Shown here: positions 51,021 through 62,319 of the stretch, piece after piece
Numbering within the stretch: the stretch's first letter is position 1
Layout: the number at the start of each line of letters is the position of its first letter
Made by a program: the position numbers and the translations under genes
Source: Cetorhinus maximus
Taxonomy: Eukaryota
Direction: 5' to 3'
Assembly: GCF_964194155.1 (NCBI RefSeq)
Contig: NW_027596270.1
Span: forward strand, 248,001 to 312,000
Length of the DNA stretch: 64,000 bases
Notes under the pieces: generated by a model
Databases searched by the model: none
What the model was told of the DNA's origin: nothing
The model's input: only the letters and a program-made list of their open reading frames with translations

Positions 51021-52597
51021 GAGCTGGATTTTCAAAGAGGTTTGGGAACCTGACACTGGATCAATTCCGGGTCCGCACTCTGCACCTGAACTGCATCGCT
51101 CTTGCAGCACTATTTTTAAATGTAAATAAGCTGTTTTGGCAGGAGGTGAGCTCAGCATCCAAACCGAGGCACCAAGTGCCTCCGGGGGCAGGGAGCTTCC
51201 TGTCCAGCAGCAAAGGCAGCCATTTTGGGGTTTGCTACTGCTTTGCCGAGGGGAGCTAGCAGCTCATGAAATGACCAGGACAATAAAGACAATACAAGTG
51301 TGCACGGACATCAAGATACAGCGCTCAAACCGGAACAAGTCTATCCCTCAAATTCAACAAACAAAAACCAGATGAAAATTAACTTCCTTTCGATCTATGG
51401 TAACTCCACAGCTGTGCGCTAACGTGCAGCAGACTATCTGACTTCATCCTGTAAGTAAGCCTGGGTACTAGATTTTAGTGTAGCCCAACCATTTTCAGGT
51501 TCATTTCATGTCATATTCATTGTAATAAGCTAACAATGTCAAAACACAATTTTCTGCTAACATTGAGATAAGAAGCCATTTTGATGATTTTAACCTTTTC
51601 CAACAAACTTTCCCAAAACAGTATTACGAAGCAGTGATTGACGGGCAACAGATGATTGGTAGTTGCTTAGAAGTCGCTTCATGTTATCTCAATATTTCTC
51701 CATTAGCATTTCTTATGAGAGAATTAAAGTGCTGTAACAGCTGGGAAAGAAATGGGATAAGCCTCGGACTTGCTCCCTATCGGGAACACACACTGTCCTT
51801 GATTGTTGAGTCTGTCTTAATGAATGGGCTCCTGAAAAAACATCAAGATGAGAGACATAGCTTAAAGGAAGGCACTGTCCTAAGTTTAAGACAATGTGGC
51901 AAATTAGCTAAAACCACTGGAGTTAACTCTTGTCACATTATTGACAAACCATAGACCAATTAGCCATTTCCAATAACTTGGCTAAGGTGGGGTTACAGCA
52001 TCTTTTAAGTGTAGAAATGAAGATTTCGAGAAGCCATTTTGTTAGCATGTTATCTGTGTATCGAATGACGGAGGGTTATCCTCACTTCATGTCTTCAGCC
52101 TGATCAACCGAGGAAAGTTGTGAGAAGTCTGTTTAATTGTTAAAGTTAAACATTCTCCTCTTACTGTTAATTGAAACTTGATTTTTATCTTTCTAACTTG
52201 TTACCTTTCCACATTTTAATGGTTAATAAATCTTTTTAAAATGACCATTTAGAGTGTTCATTCCTGCCGGATGCTCAGTCCTGTAGAACCTGATGATTTC
52301 ATTCACAATTGGGGATTTATTGCAAACAACCTGTACCCCATAAATCAATTTAGAATCCAGAAGAAAAGACTGAAAATCCCATTCTGTTCCAGACAGGCTC
52401 CTTAACAAGTTCTTTAATGAGATTAAGGGGCCGTTAATTGGTGGTGAGTGGGTTTCCTGTTTCCTCCCCTCCACCGGCACTTTGAAAATTACAAACTGTC
52501 TCAGAGGCAGCGGATCCAGTGCCTCCAACTGGGAAAGTAATTTTCAAATCGCACAAGTCCCGGTTCCCACCCCCATCAGAAAGTGAAAATCCAACCC
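51021..52597. mobile_element. Non-autonomous DNA transposon inserted in the ZF7 3' UTR
   Basis: 13-bp imperfect TIRs GAGCTGGATTTTC / GAAAATCCAACCC; flanks CAA/CAG; family UTR is continuous across it. Confidence 0.65.
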
Positions 52598-52673
52598 CAG
52601 TTATCAGAATGAACCTAGTTCAAACCTGGATGTGATTCACGACAGCAATAACAGCAGAATCCAATCCCTGTTG

Positions 52674-53264
52674 TCATATGTGAAACTTCTGGTGTCTCAT
52701 CAAGTTAGATGAAAAAGTGAATCCCTTCCCACAGATGGGGCAGTTGAAAGGCCTCTCCCCAGTGTGAACTCGCTGGTGTCTGTGCAGGTTGTGCGACCGA
52801 GTGAATCTCTTCCCACACACACAGCAGGTGAACGGCCTCTCCCCAGTGTGAACTCGCTGGTGTTTCAGCAGATTTATTGGTCCTTTGAAACTCTTCTCAC
52901 AGTCAGAGCATTTAAACAATCTCTGATCACTGTGAACAAGTTGATGTGTCAGCAGAGCAGATGACTGAGTGAAGCCTTTCCCACACACAGAGCAGGTGAA
53001 CGGCCTCTCCCCAGTCTGAACTCGCTGGTGGGTCCCCAGGTTAGATGAACTCATGAATCCCTTCCCACACACGGAACAGCTGAACGGCCTCACGCCACTG
53101 TGAGCACGCTGGTGTGTCAGAAGATTTGATAACTGCGTGAAACCCTTCCCACAATCGGTGCAGGTGAACGGCCTCTCCCCAGTGTGAATACGTAAATGAA
53201 TTTCCAGCTGGGATGGGGAAATGAATCCAGTTCCACAGCCCCCACATTTCCACGGTTTCTCCGT
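52674..53264 (-). CDS. ZF7: tandem C2H2 zinc-finger ORF, 7 fingers; start uncertain (ACG at 53264)
   Basis: Open frame of 197 codons (stop included) from GCACCACGGAG; in-frame TGA upstream; acceptor at 53664-53665. Confidence 0.85.
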   Translation of the reverse strand, partial: TEKPWKCGGCGTGFISPSQLEIHLRIHTGERPFTCTDCGKGFTQLSNLLTHQRAHSGVRPFSCSVCGKGFMSSSNLGTHQRVQTGERPFTCSVCGKGFTQSSALLTHQLVHSDQRLFKCSDCEKSFKGPINLLKHQRVHTGERPFTCCVCGKRFTRSHNLHRHQRVHTGERPFNCPICGKGFTFSSNLMRHQKFHI

Positions 53265-53989
53265 GGTGCCGGTGCCCTTGTGTCTCTCCAGATTGGATGA
53301 TCAGTTGAATGCTTGTCCACACACACACAGACACACACACACACACAGAAAACATGTGTACGTGGAATTCACAACATCCCACTGTAAATGCTGTAATTTT
53401 TTTTTCAGGTTGTGTAACTAGCTAAAGCTCTTTGCACAGTCAGTGCACTGGAACACTCTCACCGGTGTGAATGTGTCTCAGTGCTTTTCCAGTCATATAG
53501 ATGAGTGATTTTTTTTTTTCTACAGTCAGAACAGGCAAACATTTCTCCTTCCACATTCAAAGGCTGGTGATATTCTGCTCCTGATGAATCAAGTGACTCT
53601 GTTAGATCTTGATGTGATGTTTTGTTTGAGTTACCAGTCTATAAATTCTCCCTTCTGATGCCCCTGTAAGCAGAAATTTCAAAAGTCCTCATTGTAAGCA
53701 CGGCATAGAAATTAAGAACAGTTAATTTTAGTTCCTATGGAACATTTTTCCTCTCTTGTTCCCCCAAAGCTGCAAATCCCCGTCCCACACACTCTCCCTC
53801 TTCCCTGGGCTGAAATCTAAATAAAGTGTTGGATAATTCTCTGTATCCTTTGATTAAATTCTACAACTGGAGATCATGTTTTACAAGGGGCCATTTGTTA
53901 ACAGTTTCCCAAACACAGATCAGATCCTCATTGATTTGAGCCCAAAGTGTAACCTCTTATTTCTTGTCCCCCCTCCCCCATCCTCTGAT

Positions 53990-54530
53990 GTGAACCATCC
54001 TCCACTCGCTGAGCCAGGATGGCGGCCGTTAACCTGGGCCTGTTCCCGGGAGGGAGAAGCCCCGCAGCTGCAAACCAGGAGCTGACAATTATTCCTCAGG
54101 GTTTGCGGATCCACAAAGTGTTTCCAAATCCTCCCCGTCCAGCCGCCGGCTCCATCGCTCCCTCCCCCCGGGCCTGTCACCGCCGGGTAAACACGGGGCC
54201 TGGGGCCTACCCCAGAAGTTGATCCAGTTCCCAGTCCAGCCGCGGTTTCCATTCCTACCCTGTGCTCACAATCTCCTCCCGCCTCCCGAACCGTCCGCTC
54301 CTCCTCACTCTGTCACCATGACTGACACTGAGCATGCTCAGAGCGCACACCCACACTGCACCTGCGCACTGGACTCCCATTGTCATTGATAAGGGACTTT
54401 CTGCAACGCGGTGTGTTCTGGGTAAATAATCCGCCATTATAGCTTGACTTGGGAACACAAAATTCAATGCATCGGCTTCCCAATCGAGATCGGGACCCGG
54501 GGTGCTGTTAAGGCACAGCGGATGGTAAAT
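53990..54530 (-). promoter_or_regulatory. CpG-rich promoter / first exon of ZF7
   Basis: CTGAGCATGCTCAG palindrome at 54328-54341, GATGGCGGC (YY1-like); homologous to 5130-5300 and 62330-62540. Confidence 0.65.
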
Positions 54531-56059
54531 GCCGAGCTGTTCAAATCACAGAGAGAAACCTGAAACAGCTGCCAGTACTGTTTTGCAATTTGTATTTTAT
54601 CTAGAGATGCGTGCCTTGAATTCAATAGTAATAAGTCCACCCACAATTAGAGTATTTTTAAACTAAATTAAACATTCATTAACAGAATAAAAGATTTTAA
54701 GCACATTCATAGGTCTACAAATGACTATTATAATAACTCCTAACTCCCCTAATTAATCTAGCTCCCAGTTACACCTCTGTTAAGGCAACAGTAAAACAAA
54801 ACATAAGTTTAACAGACCCAGGTAAAGCACACAATACCTTGGACAATGATATTCAAAGTGAGTTTTCTTAGCTTCAGTTCCTGCAGACAGCAACTTAATG
54901 CCTAGAGGCTGGAGGCTTTTCACACATGTGTTAGATCTCAGAATGCCTTCCCTCTCCTTCATACATGTTTCTCTCTTAATGTAAATTCCAATGCCCCAAT
55001 ATGTCTTTGCAAATTTACTTTTCTCATATCATAAATCTTTCATAGTACTCATATTATCAGTAACCTTTGGGAAAAATAAACACACTGTTTGACTTAGCTT
55101 CCTATGGCTACATGTAACATCTTATCATCTCTTTGAAGTTCAAACTAACCTAATTTATCTAAAAATGCAATTGTTCCTTGCATCTCGCATTCTAAAACTT
55201 CAGCCAGGTTTATGTATTTAGCATTTCAAACCTAGCTTCCCTTTTGATCATTCAAAAGCCCCAGACCAGCTGTCTCCAATTCCATTAAATCCCCTCCCCC
55301 ACACATATCCAGACAGAGAAACTAATCCAAACCCCAAAATTAGCCTACCTTTACAATGTATCACATCAATATGATGAAATGCATTATATTTTCATGTCAG
55401 CGCATACACACAATAGGTACTTAAATTATGTCGATATCAGAATGTCTGGACCTTCCTCCATGATGCAATCTGTGCAATTCACCCCCACCTCCACCTGCAA
55501 TTGCAGATTGGAAAAACGTCGAAGTTGAAATTCACAAAGATCAAGACTGGTACAAACTGGTGGAAACAACCTGCTGAGTTTTTCCATCACTTTCCGTTTT
55601 TATTTCAGATTTCCAGTTTCCACAGTATTTTGCTTTTAATTCAGTGCTGGTATCTCTGTAAGGAAAGATATGCTGAAAAGCAGACATGAGATAGATGAAA
55701 TGGAATGTATCTTGTGCGAAACACAAACACCAGCACAGGTCAATTGAACAGAATTCTCTGTTTCTGGACTTGATATTTTCTGTAATTCAGTGTCATCTCC
55801 AATCAGCTCCTGATCAGCATGTTCCACATCCACCACTTGTACTGCACATGCTCAGAGTGTAACCGAGTGCTCAGTAATCACACCAGGCTCCTGTAGTCAT
55901 TGATGGGGCACATTCTGGCACATGGAAAATTATCGATTGTAACAGTGTCGCTCAAAGCTTAATTGGTGAACAAAAATGTTCATCACCACATTGAGATTGG
56001 GCCTGTTTCTGTATCAAGTAGCACTTGCTAAGAAATAACCTGCTCACTAATGCTAAGCG

Positions 56060-57285
56060 TGGGTTCCGCCAGGGTCACTCAGCCCCTGACCTCATTATGG
56101 CTGTGGTTCAAACATGGACAAAAGAGCTGCATTCCTGAGGTGCGTTGAGAGTGACTGCCCTTGACATCCAGGCAGCATTTGACCAAGTGTGGCATCAAGG
56201 AGCCCTGGCAACACTGGAGTCAATGGGAATCAGGGGGGGAAACTCTACACTGGTTGCATTCATACCTAGCACAAAGGAAGATGGTTGTGGCTGTTGGGGG
56301 TCAATCATCTCATTTCTACGACATCACGGCAGGAGTTCCTCAGGGTAGCGTCCTAGGCCCAACCATCTTCAGGCTGTTTCATCAATGACCTTCTTCTCAT
56401 CATAAGGTCAGAAGTGGGGATGTTCACTGGTGATTGCACAATGTTCAGCACCATTCGCGACTCCTCAGCTACTGAAGCAGTGCATGTCTAAATGCAGCAA
56501 GACCTGGATCCAGGCTTGTACTGACAGGTGGCAAGTAACATTCGCAAGACACAAGTGCCAGGCAATGACCATCTCCAACAAGTGAGAATCTACCCATCAC
56601 CCCTTGACATTCAGTGGCATTACCTTCACTGAGTCCCCCACTATCAATATCCTGGGTGTTACCATTGAGCAGAAACAGAATTAGACCAGCCATATAAATA
56701 TTGTGGCTCCAAGAGCAGGTCAGAGGCTGGAGATCCTGCCGCAAGTAACTCACCTCCTGACTCTCCAAAACCTGTCCACCATCTACAAAGCACAAGACAG
56801 GAGTGTGATGGAATATTCTCCACTTGCCTGGATGAGTGCAGCTCCAACAACACTCCAGAAGCTTGACATCATCCAGGACATCCGCTTGATTGGCACCACA
56901 TCCACATTCACTCCCTCCACCATCGACAAACAGTAGCAGCTGTGTGTACCATCTAAAGATGCACTGCAGGAACTCACCAAGGCTCCTTCGACAGCACCTT
57001 CCAAACCCACGACCGCAGCCATCTCGAAGGACAAGGGCAGCAGATAGATGGGAACACCACCCCCTGGAAGTTCCCCTCCAAACCATTCACCATCCTGACT
57101 TGGAAATATATCGCCATTCCTTCAGTTGCTGGATCAAAATCCTGGAGGTCCCTTCTTAACAGCACTGTGGGTGTACCTGCAGTGGTTCAAGAAGGCAGCT
57201 CGGCACCACCTTCTCAAGGGCAACTAGGTATGGGGAATAAATGCTGGCCCAGCCAGTGAAGCCCACATCCCGTGAATGAACTTTA
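56060..57285 (+). mobile_element. LINE family A, RT to 3' end
   Basis: ALDIQAAFDQVWHQG and AGVPQGSVLGPTIF; tail CCCACATCCCGTGAATGAA. Confidence 0.9.
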
Positions 57286-57337
57286 AAAAATATTATATAT
57301 ATATAGTTAATATATGATATATTACTATATCATAGAT

Positions 57338-58415
57338 TAGGCAGAGGTCATGGTCCATATCGGTACCAACAACATAGGTAAAAAGAGGGATGAGGGCCTG
57401 AAAGCAGAATATAAGGAGCTAGGAAATAAATTAAAAAACAGGACCTCAAAGGTAGTAATCACAGGATTACTCCCAGTACCATGTGCTAGTGAGATCAGGA
57501 GTAGGAGAATAGACCAGATGAATACATGGCTGGAGAGATGGTGTAGGAGGGAGGGATTTAGATTCCTGAGGCATGGGGATTGACTCTGGGGATGATGGGA
57601 CATGTAAAAGCTGGATGGGTTGCAGGACCAGTATCCTCGCAGTGGTATTTGCTAGTAATGTGGGGGAGGGTTTAAATTAGACTGGCAGGGGAAAGGGAAA
57701 CTGAGTGAGGAGACACAAGAGAAGGAAACAAAGATAGGAATGAAAGATAGAAAAGTAGAAAGCAAAAGTGGAAGGCAGAGGAAACAAGGGCTAGCAGCAA
57801 ATAGGACCATAGTACAAAAAGAGATGTATAAAAAATGTTAAAAAGACAAGTCGAAAGGCACTGTATATGGATGCATGGAGCATTTGCAATAAGGTAGATG
57901 AATTAACAGTGCAAATAGATGTGAACGGGTACAATATGATTGTGATTATGGAAACATGGCTGCAGGGTGACCAAGGCTGGGAACTGAATATCCAAGGGTA
58001 CTCGATATTTAGGACAGACAGGCAAAAAGGAAAAGAAGGTGGTGTGACATTGTTAGTTAAGGATGAAATCGGTGCAGTAGTGAGAGAGGATATTGGCTTA
58101 GAAAATCTAGACCTAGAATCAGTCTGGGTGGAGCTAAGAAGAAACAAAGGGCAGAAAACATTCGTGGGGGTTGTCTATCAGCCTCCAAACAGTAGCGATA
58201 AGGTAGGTGACAGTGTTAAACAGGAAATTAGAGATGTATGTAACATGGGTGCTACGGTAATCATGGGTGACTTTAAACTGCATATAGACTGGGCAAACCA
58301 AATTAGCAAAAATACTCTGGCAGATGAATTCCTGGAATGTACAAGATTGTTTTTAGACCAGGGTGTCGAGGAACTGACTAGGGAACAGGCTATCCTAGAT
58401 TTGGTATTGTGCAAT
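57338..58415 (+). mobile_element. CR1 5' fragment (esterase ORF1 plus endonuclease)
   Basis: VHIGTNNIG; ORF 57867..58577 with ETWL, GGV, YQPP and MGDF. Confidence 0.88.
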
Positions 58416-58546
58416 GAAGGAGAGTCATATGGACTCGAAATGTTAACTCTGTTTCTCTCTCCACATGTGGTGTCAGACCTGCTGAGTTTTTCCAGCATTT
58501 TCTGTTTTTATTTCAGATATCCAGCATCCGCAATCTTTTGCTTTTA
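58416..58546 (+). repeat. Penelope family-1 terminal fragment
   Basis: GAGTCATATGGACTCGAAATGTTAACT matches 40954-40980. Confidence 0.8.
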
Positions 58547-59019
58547 CGCTAACATCACGAGGAAATCTTTTCAGTAACAACTGGTGAGAATTTTGAATTC
58601 ACTATCTGATGGATACAGAATCAAGGGAAACCTTCAAAAAGGAACTGGATAAATATTTGAAGGAGAAATGATGCAGGGATGAGTAAAGAATGGGTGAATG
58701 GGACTAACTGGATAGGTCATCGAATTTGTCAGTACAGATTTGAAAGGCCAATCGGCCTCCTTCTCTGCTGTACTATTAGGAGATTCTATCATCTATAATA
58801 ATATAATGATTCATAATAAACATACGATAGAATCATAGAGCATGGATGGTGGCCATTCAGCCCATTGTGTCTTTACGGTCCCTGAAAACGTTACCAATCT
58901 GTCCCACTCCCCTGCTCTTTTCCGATTGCCGTCCAAATCTTTCCGTATTAATTTAAAATCCAAATCACTTTTGGAAGTTACGAATGAATTTGCTTCTACC
59001 AGCCACTCAGACAATGACT

Positions 59020-60005
59020 TCAGTCTTCCCAGTATTTAATTGGAGGAAATTTCTGCACATCCACCAAACAGTCTGATAATTTACCAAGAGTGGAGAAGTC
59101 GAGAGAGCTGGTGGTGAAGTAGAGCTGGGAGCTGTCAGTGTAAATGTGATAAGTGACAGTGTTTTCAGATGATGTCACTGTTTGGAGCAGGTTAATGAGA
59201 AATAAGAGACCAAGGCTGGATCCTTTGGGGACACCAGAGGTAACTGTGAGTGGAAAGGGAAGACATTGCAAGTGATTCTCTGGCAATGATTAGATAGAGA
59301 AGAATGGAACTAGGAGTAGCCTCACCCAGCTGGATGACAGGGGAGAGGCGAAGGTGCAGAATGATGTGGTCAACATTGTCAAAGGCTGCAGACAGGTCGA
59401 GGACGAGAAGGGCGAGTTTATCTTTGTCACAGTCGCATAGGATGTCATTTGTGACTTGGATAAGAGCTGTTTCAGTACTGTGACAGGGGCAAAAACATGA
59501 TTGGAGGGATTCAGACATGGAGTTCTGGGAAAGATGGGCAAGGATTTGGGAGGTGACAACAAGGACTTTGGAGAGGAAAGAGAGACTGGAGATGGGGCAG
59601 TAGTTTGGAAAGACAGTGGGGACAAAGATTTGTTTTTTGAGAAGGGTATAATGATGGCAGATTTGAAGGAGAGAGGGACAGTACCTGAGAGAGAAAACTA
59701 TTATCATAGTCAGTGAACATGGGGAAGTTGAGTGATCAGTAGTTTAGTTGCAGCAGGGTTGATGAAGGAGGTGGGTTTCATGGACAAGATGAGCTCTGAG
59801 AGGGCCTGAGGGGAGATGGGAGAGAAACTACAGAAAGATGAGAGTTCAGGGCTCGGGTAATGGGAAACTTTAGGGAGGGCGAGTGGGAGGGAAGCAGCAG
59901 AGGCAGCTGATCGGATTGTCTCAATCTTAGTGCAAAGGAGCTCCATGAGATCCTCACACCGGTTGCTGGGGGTGAGGATGGAGGCTAGGGGAGAGGGAGA
60001 GCACT
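59020..60005 (-). mobile_element. L2-type LINE RT fragment
   Basis: HSTETALIQVTNDIL, LDLSAAFDNVDH and GVPKGSSLG. Confidence 0.9.
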
Positions 60006-60205
60006 TCAAAATGAAGTAACTTGTGTTAGAGATATTAAAAAGATTCAACACATTGTGTCTTTAGCACAAAACTAATTTATTTGACATTTATCCAGAATAT
60101 TAGCCCCTCTAAGTAGTCTGTAGTTTATTAACATCAGCAGAAACAGATCCCAGGGAACATGGTTCAGTCCTGGATGTGATTAACAGCAAAATCCCAGCAC
60201 TTTAG

Positions 60206-60988
60206 TTACTTGTGAACTTGCTGGTGTCTCAGCAGGTTGGATGAGGTAGTGAATCCCTTCCCACACTGGAGGCAAGTGAATGGTCTCTCCCCAGTGTGAA
60301 CTCGCTGGTGTGCCAGCAGGTTGGATGAGGTAGTGAATCCCTTCCCACAATGGGGGCAGGTGAATGGCTTCTCCCCAGTGTGAATTCGTTGGTGTGTCAG
60401 CAGGTTGGATGAGGTAGTGAATCTCTTCCCACACTGAGGGCAGATGAATGGCCTCTCCCCAGTGTGAATTTGCTGGTGTCTCAGCAGGGTAGATAACTGA
60501 GTGAATCCCTTCCCACATTGAGGGCAGGTGAATGGCTTCTCCCCAGTGTGAACTCGCTGGTGTCTCAGCAGGTGGGATGAGGTAGTGAATCTCTTCCCAC
60601 ACTGAGGGCAGATGAATGGCCTCTCCCCAGTGTGAATTTGCTGGTGTCTCAGGAGGCTAGATAACTGAGTGAATCCCTTCCCACACTGGGGGCAGGTGAA
60701 TGGCCTCTCCCCAGTGTGAACTTGCTGGTGTGTTAGCAGGCTGTGTGACTCAGTGAATCCCTTCCCACACTCAGAGCAGGTGAACAGTCTCTCCCCCGTG
60801 TGAACTTGCTGGTGTCTCAGCAGGTGGGATGACTGAGTGAATCCATTCCCGCACTGGAGACAGATGAATGGCCTCTCCCCAGTGTGAATTCGCTGGTGTA
60901 CAGTGAGTTGGGATGATTCCCTGAACCCAGTCCCGCATTTAGAGCACTTAAATGGTCTCTTGTCAGTGTGAACATGTTGATGGGACAT
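60206..60988 (-). CDS. ZF8: tandem C2H2 zinc-finger ORF, 9 intact fingers; upstream fingers (to about 61327) are damaged
   Basis: ORF of 260 aa; upstream in-frame TGA at 61267-61265 and 61255-61253; acceptor at 61435-61436. Confidence 0.8.
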   Translation of the reverse strand: MSHQHVHTDKRPFKCSKCGTGFRESSQLTVHQRIHTGERPFICLQCGNGFTQSSHLLRHQQVHTGERLFTCSECGKGFTESHSLLTHQQVHTGERPFTCPQCGKGFTQLSSLLRHQQIHTGERPFICPQCGKRFTTSSHLLRHQRVHTGEKPFTCPQCGKGFTQLSTLLRHQQIHTGERPFICPQCGKRFTTSSNLLTHQRIHTGEKPFTCPHCGKGFTTSSNLLAHQRVHTGERPFTCLQCGKGFTTSSNLLRHQQVHK

Positions 60989-61824
60989 CAGCTCCCAGGA
61001 ACTTTTATAGCACTTCCTGCAGTCTGGGCATTTAAAAGGTCTCTCTTCACTGTGAACTCGCTGGTGGCTCAGCAGGTGGGCTGAAAGAGTAAATCCCTTC
61101 CAACAATTTGAGCAGGTGAATGACCTCTCCCCAGTGTGACTGCATCGATGCTCTTCCAGCTCAGATGGGAATCTGAATCCCTTCCCACAGTCCCCACGTT
61201 TCCATGGTTTCTCCCCGATGTGGCTGCGCTTGTGTCTTGACAGGCCAGATGATCAGTTGAAACCTCATCCACACACAGGACACATGTACGGTTTCTCTCC
61301 ACTTTGAACGGTGCTTTTTCCTTCCACATTCAAAATCAAATGATATTCAAGTTACGATAAATCGGGTGAATGTCAGATTCTGCTGTGATGTTTTGTTTCT
61401 GCTTCCTGGCTGCAAATCCTCTCCTTCGAATCCCCTGTGAAACTGCTTTAAAACAGAAAAAAGGGAGTGAGAGAGAACCCACAAAAACACAAAGGCAGGT
61501 TGAGCTGAATGAATCTGGTAATTTGTGGGGCCGGCATGAGGAAAAAGTGACCATGATGCTGGATTGTCATAATAACCCAACTGGTTCACTAATGTCCTTC
61601 AGGGAATGGAACCTGCCACCTGGTCTGGGTCTACACAAGACTCTGCCTCCATGGGATGAAAGAGAGAGGTGGGAGGTGCAGGGGGTGAAGATGTGTTTAA
61701 TACATCTTCAGCTCAACCAGAACTTTGGCAGAATATCCCAAACCCTCAACGTCCCACGACCTACGACCTAGAAGGACGAAGGTGTCAGTGAAACCATCAC
61801 TTCCAACTCACACACTGTCCTAAC

Positions 61825-62262
61825 TTGTCTGACATCCAGTACTGGACGAGCAGAAATTTCCTCCATTTAAATGTTGGGAAGATGAAAGCCATTGTTTTCA
61901 GTCCCTGCTACAAACTCCACTCCCTAACCACCAACTCCATCCCTCTTGCAGCTCTCTGAGGCTGAACCAGACTGTTCACAATCTTGTTGTCATATTTCAG
62001 CCCAAGCTGAGCTTCTGACTACAAATCACTAAAAGCACCCATTTCCACCTCAGTAAAATCACCCAACTGTGTTCCTGCCTCAGTTCATCTGCTGCTGAAA
62101 CTCATCCATTCCTTTGTTCCCTATAAACTGAACAATTCGTCTGTGCTTCTTGTCGGCCTCCCAGATTCAACTCCATAGAAACTGGAGGTCACCCAAAACT
62201 CAGCAGCTCATGTCCTTACTTGCACCAAATCTTGTTCACCATCGTCCCCTGTGCTCCCTGAT
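61825..62262 (+). mobile_element. L2-type LINE fragment in the ZF8 intron
   Basis: Reverse-complement homolog of 8780-9625. Confidence 0.7.
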
Positions 62263-62319
62263 GGTCGTGGTCGTCTCCAGCCCTTCAGCCTTCCAGGATT
62301 ATCTGAGATCATCTAATTC

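Noticed and set aside
54620-55400. Possible solo LTR (also 48273-48900 and 37603-38204)
   Set aside because: AT-rich inserts with some LTR-like features, but TG..CA ends and TSDs could not be confirmed
56469-57086. 205-aa minus-strand ORF
   Set aside because: Antisense to a LINE family A copy
57867-58577. 236-aa endonuclease ORF as a domesticated gene
   Set aside because: A truncated CR1 endonuclease that runs into a Penelope tail; the neighbouring ORF1 is broken
10882-61329. Alternative-frame ORFs over finger arrays ([19 protein letters not shown] and [21 protein letters not shown] types)
   Set aside because: They are predictable shifted-frame shadows of C2H2 repeats, not separate genes
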